Origin: Squalus acanthias
Lineage: Eukaryota
Direction: 5' to 3'
Assembly (NCBI GenBank): GCA_030390025.1
Contig: CM059431.1
Span: forward strand, 148,554,001 to 148,618,000
Length of the DNA: 64,000 bases
In this document: positions 34,064 through 48,134 of the stretch, one piece after another
How positions within the stretch are numbered: position 1 is the stretch's first letter
Layout of the letters: every line of letters starts with the position of its first letter
Translations under genes and position numbers: made by a program
The notes under the pieces: generated by a model
The model's database searches: none
Seen by the model: the letters and a program-made list of their open reading frames with translations, nothing else
Told to the model about the DNA's origin: nothing

Positions 34064-37000
34064 GTCAGTGTCCCCTTTTAAAGAGGTTGTCTCACCATAA
34101 GGGACCACATGTAAAGAAGGCATCTCATCATCAAGGACCCTTTTTAAAGAGAGTGTCTCACCATCAGGGACACTTTTAAAGAGGGACTATCTCCATGAGG
34201 GGCCCGTTTTAAAGAGGGAGTATACCCATCAGGTACCCCTTTTAATGAGAGAGTCTCTCTATCAGGGACCACTTTTAAAGAGGGAGCCTCACTGTCAGTG
34301 ATCCCTTTTTCAGAGGGAGTTACAGAATCAGGGACCGCTTTTAAAGAGATAGTCTCACCATCAGGGACCGCTTTTAAAGAGGGTGTCTCAACTTCAGGGA
34401 TACCTTTTAAACAGGGGATCTTAACATCAGGGACCCCTTTTAAAGAGGGAGTTTCACCATCAGGGACCACTTTTAAAGAGAGAGTCTTTCTATCAGGGAC
34501 TTCTTTTAAGGAGGGAGTCTCACACTCGTGGACACATTTTAACGAGAGAGTCTTTCTATCAGGGACCCCTTTGAAAGAGAATGTCTCCCCATTAGGGACC
34601 CCTGTTAAAGAGGCTCATCATCAGGACACCCTTTTAAAGAGAGTGTTTCAGCATCAGGGACACTTTTTAAAGGGGGAGACTTTCTCTCAGGGATCCATTT
34701 CAAAGAGAGAGTCTCCCATTTGGGACACCTTTTAAAGGGGTTCACCATCAGGGACCCCTTTTAAAGAGGGTCTTTTAGCATCAGGCACCGATTTTAAAGA
34801 GAGAGCCTCACCATCAGGTATCACTTTTAAAGAGGGAGTCTCACCATCAGCGACCCCTTTTAAAGAGGGTGATTCAGCATCAGGGACCGCTTTTTAAGAG
34901 AGGCTCTCCATCAGGGACACCTTTTAAAGAGTGGCTCGCCATGAGGGACCCATTTTAAAGAGGGTGTCTCACCATCAGAAACACCTTTTAAAGAGAGAAT
35001 CTGACCAACAGGGGCCCATTTTTTAAGAGGGAATCTCCCCATCAGGGACCCCTTCTAAAGAGGCTAACCATCAGGGACCCCTTTGAAAACGGTTGTTTCA
35101 GCATCAGGGACTCTTTTTAAAGAGGGAGTCTTTCTATCAGAGATCCCTTTTAAAGAGAGAGTCTCACCATCAGGGATTCCTTTTAAAGAGGGAGTCTCAC
35201 CATCAGGGATCCTTTTTAAAGAATGAGTCTTAGCATCAGGGATCGCTTTTAAAGAGACAGTCTCATCATAAGGGACCCGGTTTTAAAGAGGGAGTCTCAC
35301 CATCAGCGACCGCTTTTAAAGACGGAGTCTCACCAACAGGGATACCTTTTAAAGAGGGAGTCTCTCCCTCGGGGAAACAATTTAAAGATAGAGTCTTTCT
35401 ATCAGGTACACCTTTTAATGAGAGAGACTCTCCACCAGGGACACTTTTAAAGAGGGAGTCTCACCATCAGGGACCACTTTTAAAGAGGGAGTCTCACCAT
35501 CACGGGTCATTTTAAAGAGAGAGTCTTACACTCATGGAGTCCTTTTAAAGAGAGAATCTCACCATCAGGGGTCCCTTTTAAAGAGTGAGTATCCCGGTCA
35601 GGGACCACTTTTAAAGAGGGAGTCTCACCATCACGGGTCATTTTTAAAGAGAGAGTCTTGCACTCAGGGAGTCCTTTTAAAGAGGGAGTCTCACCATCAG
35701 AGACCCTTTTAAACAGGTGGTCTTTCTATCAGGGAGCCCTTTTAAAGAGTGAGACTCACCCTGGCGCACCCATTTTAAAGAGAGAGTCTTTCTATCCTGG
35801 ACCCCCTTTAAAGATTGAGTCTTTCCATCAGGGAGATCTTTTAAAGAGAATCTTCCGATTAGGGATACCTTTTAAAGAGAGTGTCTCACCATCGGGGTGC
35901 CCTTTTCAAGAGGGTGTGTCTCTATGAGGAACACCTTTTAAAGAGGCTGTTTCCCCATCAGGGATTCCTTTTAAAGAGAGAGTCTCACCATCAGAGAACA
36001 TTTTAAAGAGAGAGTTTTTCTATCAAGGTCCCTTTTTAAAGTGGGTGTCTTTTTATCAGGGACCGCTTTTAAAGAGAATCTTTCCATCAGGGACACCATT
36101 TAAAGAGAGACTCACCATCAGGAACCCTTTTAAAGACGGGATATTTCTGTCAGGGAGCCCTTTTAATGAGTGAGTCTCAACATCACGGGTCACTTTTAAA
36201 GAGAGAGTCTCACACTCAGGGACCCCTTTTAAAGAGTGTGTCTCACCATCAGGGATCACTTTTAAAGAGGTGGTCTTTCTATCAGGGAGCCCTTTTAAAG
36301 AGTGAGACTCACTTTGGGCTCCAATTTTAAAGAGAGAGTCTTTCTATCAAGGGCCCCTTTTAAAGAGAATCTTCCGATTAGGGACACCTTTTAAAGAGAA
36401 TGTCTCACCATCAGGGTGCCCTTTTCAAGAAGGTGTGTCTCTATTAGGAACACCTTTTAAAGAGGGTTATTCCCCATCAGGGACCCCTTTTAAAGAGAGA
36501 CTCTCACCATCAGGGGTCCCTTTTAAAGAGTGAGTATCCCGGTCAGGGACCACTGTTAATGAGAGAATATCTCCACCAGGGACCCTTTAAAAGAGGGAGT
36601 TTCAGCATCAGAGACCGGTTTTAAAAAGAGAGTCTCACCATCAGGGACCCATTTTAAAGCGGGTGTCTCACCATCAGGGACACCTTTTAAAGAGAGAGTC
36701 TCACCATCAGGGACAACATTTAAAGAGGGAGTATACCCATCAGGGACCCATTTTAACGAGAGTCTCACCGTTTGGGTACCCTTTTAAAGATGGTTTCTCA
36801 CCATCAGGGTCCCCTTTTAAAGTGGGAGTCTCCCCATCAGGGACCCCATTTAACGAGAGTCTCACAGTCGGTGGCCTCTTTAAAAGAGGGAGTCTCACCA
36901 TCATGGACCTCTTTTAAAGAGGGAGTCTCACCATCAGGGACACCTTTTAAAGAGAGAGTCTCACCATCAGGAACCCCTTTTAAAGAGAGGAACTCGCCAT

Positions 37001-38937
37001 CAAGGACCCCTTTTAAAGAGGGGATCTCACCATCAGGAATCCATTTTAAAGAGGGCATTTCAGCATCAGGGACCCCTTTTAAAGAGAGAGTATCACCATC
37101 AGTGGCCACTTTTAAAGAGGGATAATACCCATCAGGCACCCCTTTTAAAGTGAGTGTCTCTCCACCAGGGACCACTTTTAAAGAGAGACTCTCACCATCA
37201 GGATCCGCTTTTAAAGAGGGTGTCTCACCATCAGGGACCCCTTTTAAAGAAGGAGTCTCACTCTCAGGGACGACTTTTAAAGAGAGAGTCTTTCCATCAG
37301 CGACCCCTTTTAAAGAGAGAGTCTCCCCAATAGGGAGAACTTTTATAGGGGCTCACCAAAAGGGAACCCTTTTAAAAAGGCTGTTTCAGCATCAGGGACA
37401 CACTTTAAAGAGGGATACTTTCTATCACGGACCCCTTTTAATAAGAGAATCTCCCCATTTGGGACCCCTTTTAAAGAGGCTCATCATCAGGGACCCCGTT
37501 TAAAGAGGCTGTTTCAGCATCAGGGACTCCTACGGAAGAGAGAGTCTCACCATCAGGGACCACTTTTAAAGGGAGAATCTCACCATCAGGGACCACTTGT
37601 AAAGAGAGAATCTCACCATCAGGGACCACTTGTAAAGAGAGAATCTCACCATCGGGGACCCATTTGAGAAGGAGTCTCACCATCAGGGACCCCTTTTAAA
37701 GAGAGAGTCTCACCATCAGGGACCCATTTTAAAGAGGGAGTGTCTCAATCAGGGATCCATTTAAAGAGGGAGAATACACGTCAGGGAACCCTTTTAAAAA
37801 ACGGAGCCTCATAATCAGGGACCCCTTTTAAAGAGAGAGTCTCATCATTAGGGATCCGTTTTACAGATGGAGTTTCAGCATCAGGGCCTGCTTTTAAAGA
37901 GAGCGCCACTCCATCAGGGGCCCCATTTAAAGAGAGAGTCTCATAATCATGGACCGCTTTTAAAAAGGGTGTCGCCCCATCAGGGGCCCCTTTTAAATAG
38001 GGAATCTTACCAACAGGGACATCTTTTAAAGAGGGGGTCTCACCATCAGGGACCACAATTAAAGAGTGAGTCTCACTATCAGGGACCCCTTTAAAATAGG
38101 GCATCTTACCATCAGGGACCGCTTTTAAAGAGAGAGTCTTTCAGTCAGGGACCCCTTTTAAAGAGAGAGTATCCCCATTAGGGAACCCCTTTAAATAGGC
38201 TCACCATCAGGGACCCCTTTTAAAGAGGGTATTTCAGCATCAGGGACTCCTATTAATGAGGGAGTCTCACCATCAGGGACTCATTTTAAACAGAAAGTCT
38301 CACCATCAGGGACCACTTTTAATGAGGGAGTTTCACCAACAGGGACCCATTTTAAAGAGGGAGATTCAGTATCAGGGACCGCTATTAAAGAAATAGTCTC
38401 ACCATCAGGGACCCCTTTTAAAAAGGGTGTATCACCATCAGGGGTCCAATTTAAAGAGGGAGTCTCATCATCAGGGATCCCTTTTAAAGAGAGAGTCTCC
38501 CCAAATGGTACCCCTTTTAAAATAGAGTCTTTCTATCAGCTACCCCTTTTAAAGAGAGAGTCTCTCCACCAGGGACCCCTTTTAAAGAGGGAGCCTCACA
38601 ATCGGGGACCCCTTTTAAAGAGGGCGATTCCGCATCACGGACCCTTTTTAAAGAGTGAGTCTTACCTTCTGGGATCCCTTTTAAAGAGTGAGCATCACCA
38701 TCAGGCAGCCCTTTTAAAGAGGGATTCTTTCTACAATGGAGTACACTTAAAGAGAGACTTACCATCAGCGATCACTTTTAAAGAGGGTGTCTTTCTATCA
38801 GGGAGCCCTTTTAATGAGTGAGTCACCAACAGGGATCCCTTTTAAAGATACTCACACTCAGGAATCCTTTTAAAGAGGGAGTGTCACTATCAGAGACCCT
38901 TTTAAAGAAGGAATCATTCTATTGCTCCCCTTTTCAT

Positions 38938-41750
38938 TTAGAAACATAGAATCATAGAAGATAGGAGCCATTCGGCCCCTCGAGCCTGCTCCGCCATTCA
39001 ATGCGATCATGGCTGATCATCCAAGTTCAGTACCCTGCCCCTGCTTTCTCCCCATATCCCTTGATACCCTTAGCCTTAAGAAATATACCTAACACCTTCT
39101 GAATATATTTAATGAATTGTACTCAACTGTCTTCTGCGTTAGAGAATTCCACAGGTTCACCACTCTCTGAGTGAAGAAATTACTCCTCATCTCAGTCCTA
39201 AATGGCTTACCCCTTATCTTTAGACTGTGACCCCTGGTTCTGGACACCCCCGCCATCGGGAACATCCTTCCTGCATCTAGTCTGTCTAGTCCTGTTAGAA
39301 TTTTATAAGTTTCACTGAGATCCCCTCTCATTCTTCTAAACTCTTGCGAATACAAGCCCAATCGACCCAATCTCTCTTCATACATCATTCCTGCCTTCCC
39401 ACGTATCAGCCTTTTGAATCTTCGCTGCACTCCCTCCATGGCAAGAACATCCTTCCTCAGATAAGGCGACCAATACTGCACACAATACTCATGGTGTGGT
39501 TTGACCAAGGCCCTGTACAATAGCAGCAAGACATCCTTGCTCCTGTGCTCGAATCCTCTCGCTATGAAGGCCAACATACCATTTGCCTTCTTAACCGCCT
39601 GCTGCACCTGCATGCTTACCTTCAACGACTGGTACACAAGGACTCCCAGGTCTCGTTGCACTTCCCCTTTTCCCAATCTATTGCCGTTCAGATAATAATC
39701 TGCCTTCCTGTTTTTGACACCAAAGTGGATAATCTCGCATTTATCCACATTATACTGCATCTGCCATGCATCTGCCCAATCACGCAACTTTTCTAAATCA
39801 TACCGGAATTTCTCTGCATCCTCCTCACAGCACACATGCCCACCCAGCTTTGTGTAATCTGCAGACTTGGAGATATTACATCTAGTTCCCTCGTCCAGAT
39901 TATTAATATATATTGTGAATAACTGGGGTCCGAGCACCGATCCCTGCGGTACGCCACTAGTCGCTGCCTGCCACTCGGAAAAATACCAGTTTATTCCAAC
40001 TCTTTGCTTCCTGTCTGCCAAACATTTTTCTATCCAAGTCAGTACGTTACCCCCAATCCCATGTGCTTTAACTTTGCACGCTTATCTCTTATGCGGGAGC
40101 TTATCAAAAGCTTTCTGAAAGTCAAATACACCACATCCACTGGTTCTCCCTTATCTATTCTACCAGTTACATCCTCAAAAAATTCCAGTAGCTTAGCCAA
40201 GCATGATTTATCTGTTGTAAATCCATGTTGACTTTGACCGATCATGTCACTGTTTTCCAAGTGCTCTGCTATTGCATCTTTTATAATGACTCCAGCATTT
40301 TCCCCACTACCGATGGCATGCTTACCGGACTACAATTCCCCGTTCTCTCTCTTCCATCTTTTTTAAATAGGGCGTTTGCATTAGCAGCCCTCCAATCCAT
40401 GGGAACTGTTCCAGATTCGATAGAGTTATGGAAGATGACGTGCAATGCATCTACTATTTCTAGGGCCAATTACTTAAGTACCCTAGGATTTACATTATCA
40501 GGCCTTGGGTATTTATCGGCCTTCAATCCCATTAATTTCCTGAATACCAATTCCCTAAAAATACTGATTTCATTCAGTTCCTCCCTCTCATTAGACCATA
40601 TGTTCCCCGACATCTCTGGGAGGTTATTTGTGTCCTCCTTTGAGAAGACAGAACCAAAGTATGTATTTAAAGGCTCTGCCATTTCTTTGTTCCCCATTAT
40701 AAATTCCCCAGATTCTGACTGCAAGGGACCTATGCTTGAATTCATCAATCTTTTTCTCCTCACATATCTATAGAAGCATTTCCAGTCAGGTTTTATGTTC
40801 CATGCAAGCTTTTTCTCATACTCTATTTCCCCCCTCTTAATTAAGCCTTTTGTCCTCCTTTGCTGAATCCTAAACTGCTCCCAATCCTCAGGTTTGCTGC
40901 TTTTACTGGCCAATTTATATGTCTCTCCTTGGATCTTATGCTATTCATAATTTCCCCTTGTTAGCCACTCTTGAGTCATCATTCTTGTTTTATTTTTATG
41001 ACAAACAGGGATGAACAAATTCTGTAGTTCATACATGCGATCTTTAAATGTTTGCCATTTCCTATCCACCGTCAACCCTTCAAGTAACGTTCCCCAATCC
41101 ATCCTAGCCAACTCGCGCCTCATACCACCGTAGTTTATTTTATTTAAATGCAGGACCCTAGTCTCTGAGTCAACTACTTCATTCTCCATCTAAATGAAGA
41201 ATTCTATCATATTATGATTGCTCCTCCCTAAGGGCCTCGTACAACAAGATTGCTAATTAATCCTTTCTCATTACATAATACCCAGTCTAAGATGGCCGGA
41301 TCTCGAGTTGGTTCCTCGACATATTGGTCCAGTAAACCATCCCGTATACACTCTAGGAATTCCTCCTCCACAGTATTGTTACTAATTTGATTAGCCCAAT
41401 CTATATGTAGATTGAAGTCAGCCATGATAACTGCTGTGCACTTATTGCACGCGTCTCTAATTTCCCGTTTAATGCTATCCCCAACCACAGCATTACTGTT
41501 TGGCGTTCTGTGTCCAACTCCCACTAACGTTTCCTGCCCATTGGCATTTATCAGCTCTACCCATACAGATTCCACATCGCCAGAGCTAATATCGTTCCTT
41601 ACCATTGTGTTAATCTCCTCTTTAACCAGTAAAGCTACCCCGCCTCCTTTTCCTTTTTGCCTGTCCTTCCTGAATATTGAATACACCTGGATGTTGAATT
41701 CCCAGCCTTGGTCACCCTGGAGCCATGTCTCCGTAATCCCAATTATATCA
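38938..41750 (-). mobile_element. 5'-truncated CR1 embedded in the satellite
   Basis: ORFs 39089-40021 and 41228-41686 are homologous to ORF2 of 2126-6090; CATAGAA tail at ~38940. Confidence 0.92.
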
Positions 41751-44085
41751 TTAAAGAGGGAGTATCACTGTCAGGGACCCCTGTTAATGAGAGCATCTCT
41801 CCTCCAGGGACACCTTTTAAAGGGGGAGTCTCACCATCAGGGACCCTTTATAAAGAGGGAGTTTTAGCATCAGTGACCGCTTTCAAAGAGAGTCTCTCCA
41901 TCAGGGACCCATTTTAAAGAGAGAGTCTCACCATCCGGGACCACTTTTAAAGCGGGTGTCTCACCATCAGGGACATATTTTAAAGAGAGAGCCTCACCAT
42001 CAAGGGACCCTTTTGAAGAGGGATTGGCAACATCAGGGACCCCTTTTAAAGAGGGAGTCACCCCATCAGGGACACTTTTTAACAAGGGTCTCAACGTCAG
42101 TGTCCCCTTTTAAAGAGGGAGTCTCACCATCAGGGGCACCATTTATCGAGGGAGTCTCAACATAAGGGGACCCTTTTAAAGAGGGAATCTCACCATCAGG
42201 GACACTGTTTAAAGAGGGATTCTCATCATCAGGGAACCCTTTTAAGGAGAGAGTCTCACCATCAGAAACACTTTTTAAAGAGGGAGTCTTTCTATTCGAA
42301 CCCTTTTAAAGAGAGAGTCCCCCCATTCGGGACCCCTTTAAAAGATGGTGTTTCAGCGTCAGGGACTCCTATTAAAGAGGGAGTCTCAACATCAGGGACC
42401 CATTTTAAAGAGAGAGTCTGACCATCAGGGACCACTTTAATGGGAAAGACTTTCCATCAAGGATCCCTTTTAAAGAGGGAGTCTTTCTATCAAGGACACC
42501 TTTTAAAGAGATTCGTCCTATTAGGGACACATTTTAAAGATAGATTCTCGTCATCAGCGAACCCTTTTAAAGGGGGAGTCTCACCATCAGTGTTCCCCTT
42601 ATAAAGAGGGAGTCTTCCTCTCAGGGATTCGTATTAAAGAGAGTGTCTCACCATTAGGGAACACTTTTAAAAGGAAGTTTCACCATCAGGGGCCCGTTTT
42701 AAAGTGGGAATCTCAACATCAGGGATCCCCTTTAAAGATTGAGTCTCACCATCTGGGATCCCTTTTAAAGAGGAAGTCACCATGTGGGATCCCTTTTAAA
42801 GAGAAGGTCTCCCGATTAGAGATCCCTTTTAAAGAGGAAATCTCACCATCAGGTATCTCATTTAAAGTGAGAGTCTCACCATCAGAGACCGTTTTAAAGA
42901 GGGAGTATTTCGATCAGGGATGCCTTTCAACGAGAGTCGTACAATCAGTAACCATTTTAATGAGTACGACTCACCATCAGGGATCCCTTTTAAAGAGAGA
43001 GGCTCACACTCAGGGATCCTTTTTAAAGTTGGAATCTCAACATCAGGGACCCCTTTTAAAGTGGGAGTCTCCCCATCAGGGACACCTTTAAAAGAGGGAG
43101 TCTCCCCATCAGGGACACCTTTTAACGAGAGTGTCTTTCCATCACGGAGCATTTTTAAAGAGGGAGTCTCACCCTCGGGGACCCATTTAAAAGGGTGATT
43201 CTTTCTATCAAGGGCCCCTTTTCAGGATAATCTTCCTATTAGTGACACCATTTAAAGAGCACGACACACCATCAGGGACCCCTGTTAAAGCGGGAGTGTC
43301 TCCATAAGGGACACATTTTAAAGAAGGTGTTTCCCCATCAGAGACCCCTTTTAATGAGAGAGTCTCTCCACCAGAATTCACTTTTAAAGAGGGAGTATCA
43401 ACATTAGGGAACCCTTTTAAAGAGGCTCACCATCGGGGTCCCCTTTTAAAAAGTGTGATTCAGCATCAGGGACTCTTTTTAAAGAGGGGGTATATCTATA
43501 AGGGACCACTTTTAAAGAAAGAGTCTTTCTATCAGGTACCCCTTTTAAAGAGAAAGTATTTCTAGCAAGGTCCCCTTTTAAAGAGGAAATCTTTCCATTA
43601 GGGACCCCTGTTAAAGAGGGACTCTCACCATCAGGGACCCGTTTTACAGAGGGTGTTTCAGCATCAGGAACACCTTTTAAAGAGTAAATCTCAGCATCAG
43701 GGGACTTTTTAAAGAGGGAGTATCCCCTTCAGGTATTTTAATGATAGAGTCTCTCCACCAGGGACCCCTTTTAAAGAGGACGTGTCTCCATCAGGGAACC
43801 ATTTTAAAGTTGGAGTCTCACCATCAGGGACCACTTTTAAAGAGGGAGTCTTTCTATCAAGGGCCCCTTTTAAATAGAGAGTTTTTTTTTAAATCAGGGA
43901 TACATTTTAAAGATAATCTTCCTATTAGTCACACCATTTAAAGATAGATTCTCACCATCAGGGACCCCTTTTAAACAAGGAGTCTCACCATCAGGGAACA
44001 TTTTAAAGTTGGAGTCTTACCATCAGGGACCTTATTAAAGAGGGAGTCTTTCTATCAAGGGGCCTTTTTAAAGAGAGAGTCTGTT
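41751..44085 (+). repeat. 33-bp satellite, block 2
   Basis: Same unit and orientation as block 1. Confidence 0.97.
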
Positions 44086-47000
44086 GACCATGTGTGCGGG
44101 AAGTGTATCCAGCTGCATCTACTAGCAGACCGCATTGCAGCACTGGAAGCTGCGAATGGATGCATACTGGAGCATTCGCGATGCTGAGGACATCGTGGAT
44201 AGCATGTTTAGGGAGTTGTGCAAACCGCAGGTAAAGGCTGCACAGGCAGGAAGGGAATGGGTGACCACCAGGCAGAGTAGTAGGCGCAGGCAGGTAGTGC
44301 AGGGGTCCCCTGTGGACATCCCCCTCTCAAACAGATATACCACTTTGGATGTATCACTTCACCTGACGAAGGAGCAGCGCTCCGAAAGCTTGTGATTTCA
44401 AATAACGCTCTTGGACTATAACCTGGCGTTGTGCGACTTCTCACACTTTGGATATTGTTGAGGGAGATGGCTTATCGGGCGAAGGCAGCAGCAACCAAAT
44501 TGCTGGCACCATGGGTGGTTCTGCTGCACAGGACGGGAGGAAAAAAACCCGGAGAGCTATAGCGATAGGGGATCATATTGTAAGGGGAATAGATACACTT
44601 TTCTGCATCTGCAAACGAGACTCCAGGATGGTATGTTGCCTCGCTGGTGCAAGGGTCAAGGATGTCTCGGAGCGGCTCCAGGGCATTCTGGAGGGGGAGG
44701 GTGAACAGCCAGTTGTCCTGGTGCATATAGGCACCAACGCTTCAGGGAAAAAACGGGATGAGGTCCTAAAAGCTGAATATAGGGAGTTAGGAGGTAAATT
44801 AAAAAATAGGACCTCAAAGGTAGTAATATCAGGATATCTACCGGTGCCACGTGCTAGTCAGAGTAGAAATAGAAGGATATTTCAGATGAATACGTGGCTA
44901 GAGGAATGGTGCAAGGGTGCGGGATTAAAATTCCTAGGACATTGGAACCGGTTCTGGGGGAGGTGGGACCAGTACAAACTGGAGGGTTTGCACCTGGGCA
45001 GGACCGGGATCGATCTCCTATTGGGAGTGTTTGTTAGTGCTGTTGGGGAGGGTTTAAACTAAAATGCCAGGGAGTTGAGGACCTGTGCACGGAGAAGAGG
45101 AAAGGGTAGCAAGGATAGAAGCAAACGACAGGAAGGAGAAAAGCAAAAGTGGAAGGCAGAGAAATCAGGGGTGTAAATCAAAGAGGGCTACAGTAAATAA
45201 TAATTATAAAAGTACTAAGAGTGTTAAAAAAAAAAGCCTGAAGGTGTTGTGTCTTAATGCGAGGAGCATTCGTAATAAGGTGGATGAATTAGCTGCGCAA
45301 CTAGATGTAAATAGATATGATATAATTGGGATGACGGAGACATGGCTCCAGGGTGACCAAGGCTCGGAATTCAACATCCAGGGGTATTCAATATTCAGGA
45401 AGAACAGACAAAAAGGAAAAGGAGGTGGGGTAGCATTGCTGGTTAAAGAGGAGCTTAACTCAATATTAAGGAAGGATATTAGCTCTGATGATGTGGAATC
45501 TGTATGGGTAGAACTAAGAAATACGAAGGGGCAGAAAATGCTGGTGGAGTACAGACCCCCCAAACATTAATACGGAGGTTGGGGATGGCATTAAAAGGGA
45601 AATAAGAGAAGCGTGCAATAAGAGCACAGCAGTTATCATGGGCGACTTTAATCTACCTATAGTTTGGGCTAACCAAATTAGTAACAATACTGTCGAGGAG
45701 GAATTCCTGGAGTGTATACGGGATGGTTTCCTGGATCAAAATGTCGAGGAACCAACTAGAGATCAGGCCATCTTAGACTGGGTATTATGTAATGAGAAAG
45801 GATAAATTAGCAATCTTTTTGTGCACGGCCCCTTAGATTGGAGCGATCATAATATGATAGAATTCTTCATTAAGATGGAGAGTGATGTAGTTGAATCAGA
45901 GCCTAGAGTCCTGAATTTAAATAAAGGAAACTACGATGGTATGAGACGCGAGTTGGGTAGGATTGATTGCGGAATGTTACTCAAAGGGTTGACGGTGGAT
46001 ATGCAATGGCAAACATTCAAAGATCGCATGAATAAACTACAGAATTTGTTCATCCCAGTTTGGCATAAAAAAGGTGACTCAACCGTGGCAAACAAGGGAA
46101 ATTAGGGATAGCATAAGAGCCAAGGAAAGAACATATACATTGGCCAGAAAAAGCAGCAAACCTGAGTATTGGGAACAGTATAGAATTCAGCAACGAAGGA
46201 CAAAGGGATTAATTAAGAGGGGGGAAATAGAGTATGAGAGTAAGCTTGCATGGAACATAAAAACTGACTGGAAAAGTTTTTTACAGATTTGAGAAGAGAA
46301 AAAAATTGGTGAAGTCAAGCGTAGGTCCCTTGCAGTCAGAATCAGGGGAATTTATAATGGGGAGCAAAGAAATGGCGGATCAATGAAATACATATTTTGG
46401 TTCTGTCTTCACAAAGGAGGACACAAATAACCTCCCAGAGATGTCGGGGAACATAGGGTCTAATGAGAGGGAGGAACTGAAAGAAATCAGTATTTGTAGG
46501 GAAATAGTGTTCGGGAAATTGACAGGTTTGAAGGCCGATAAATCCCCAGGGCCTGATAATCTACATCCTAAGGTACTTAAGGAAATGGCCCTAGAAATAG
46601 TAGATGCATTGCTGCTCATCTTCCAAAATTCTATAGACTCTGGAACAGTGCCCATGGATTGGAGGGTAGCTAATGTTACCCCACTATTCAAAAAAGGTCG
46701 TCGAGAGAAAACGGTGATTTATAAACCGGTAAGCCTGACATTTGTAGTGGGGAAAATGTTAGCGATCATTATAAGAGATGTAATAGCAGAGCACTTGGAA
46801 AACAGTGACAGGATCGGACAAAGTCAACAAGGATTTACAAAAGGTAAATGGTGCTTCACTAATCTACTGTAATTTTTTGAGGATGTAGCTGTTAAAATAG
46901 ATAAGGGAGAACCAGTGGATGTGGAGTATTTGGTCTTTCAGAAAGCTTTCGATAAGGTCCCGCATAAGAAATTAGCGTGTAAAGTTAAGGCACATGTGTT

Positions 47001-48134
47001 TGGGGCAAGGTATTGACTTGAATAGAGAACTTTTTGGCAGACAGAAAGCAAAGAGTTGGAATAAAAGGGTATCTTTCTGAGTAGCAGGCAGTGACTAGTG
47101 GGGTACCGCAGTGATCGCTCCTACGACCCCAGCGTTTCACAATATATATTAATGAACTGGACGAGGGAATTGGATGTAATATCTCCAAGTTTGCAGACGA
47201 GACAAAGTTGGGTGGGAGAGTGAGCCGTTAGTAGGATGCCGAGAAACTCCAGTATGATTTGGACAAGTTGGGTGATTGGGCAGCAGCATGGCAGATGCAA
47301 TATAATGTGGATAAATGCGAGGTTATCCACTTTGGTGTCAAAAACAGGAAGGCAGATTATTATCTGAATGGCAATAGATTGGGAGAAGGGGGAGTGCAAC
47401 GAGACCTGGGTGTCCTTGTGCATCAGTGGCTGAAGGTAAGCATGCAGGTGCAGCAGGCGGTTCAGAAGGCAAATGTTATGTTGATCTTCGTAGCGAAAGG
47501 GTTCGAGTACAGGAACAAGGATGCCTTGCAGCAGTTGTACAGGGCCTTGGTGAGACCACATCTTTAGTATTGTGTGCAGTTTTGGTCGCCTTTTCCGAGG
47601 AAGGATGTTCTTGCCATGGAGGGAGTGCAGCGAAGATTCACCAGGCTGATACCTGGGATGGCAGGAATAACGTATGAGGAGATATTGGGTCGATTGGGCT
47701 TATACTCGCTGGAGTTTTGAAGAATGAGAGGGGATCTCCTTGAAACTTATAAAATTCTAACAGGACTAGACAGACTAGATGCAGGAAGGATGTTCCCGAT
47801 GATCGGGGAGTGCAGAACCAGGGGTCACAGTCTAAAGATAAGGGGTAAGCCATTTAGGACTGAGATGAGGAGGAATTTCTTCACCCAGAGAGGGATGAAC
47901 CTGTGGAATTCTCTACCACAGAAGACAGCAGAGGCCAATTCATTAAATATATTTAAGAAGGAGTTAGATATATTTCTTAAATCTAAAGGGATCAAGGGAT
48001 ATGGTGAGAAGGCAGGGACAGGGTACTGAATTTGGATGATCAGCCATGATCTCATTGAATGACGGAGCAGGCTCGAGGGGCTGAATGGCCTGCTCCTGCT
48101 CCTATCTTCTATGTTTCTATGTTTCTATGTTTCT
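44086..48134 (+). mobile_element. CR1 (ORF1 5'-clipped to 3' tail), decayed
   Basis: Esterase ORF1 44448-45062; ORF2 fragments; (TTCTATGT)n tail ~48107-48134. Confidence 0.93.
44351..44443 (+). ncRNA. Solo Penelope terminal repeat with intact minimal hammerhead ribozyme, 10-bp TSD
   Basis: CAC-CTGACGA-A-GGAGC-AGC-GCTCC-GAAA-GCTT-GTG; CACTTTGGAT at 44341-44350 and 44444-44453. Confidence 0.8.

Larger units (their letters stand above)
29722..38925 (+). repeat. 33-bp satellite (TTTTAAAGAGGGAGTCTCACCATCAGGGACCCC), block 1
   Basis: Continuous periodicity; ORF-track peptides repeat every 11 aa (SPSGTPFKEGV). Confidence 0.97.

Noticed and set aside
29867..43941. Many ORFs with 11-aa repeats (SPSGTPFKEGV / HHQGPLLKRES)
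   Set aside because: Translation artefacts of the 33-bp satellite; open in several frames and on both strands.
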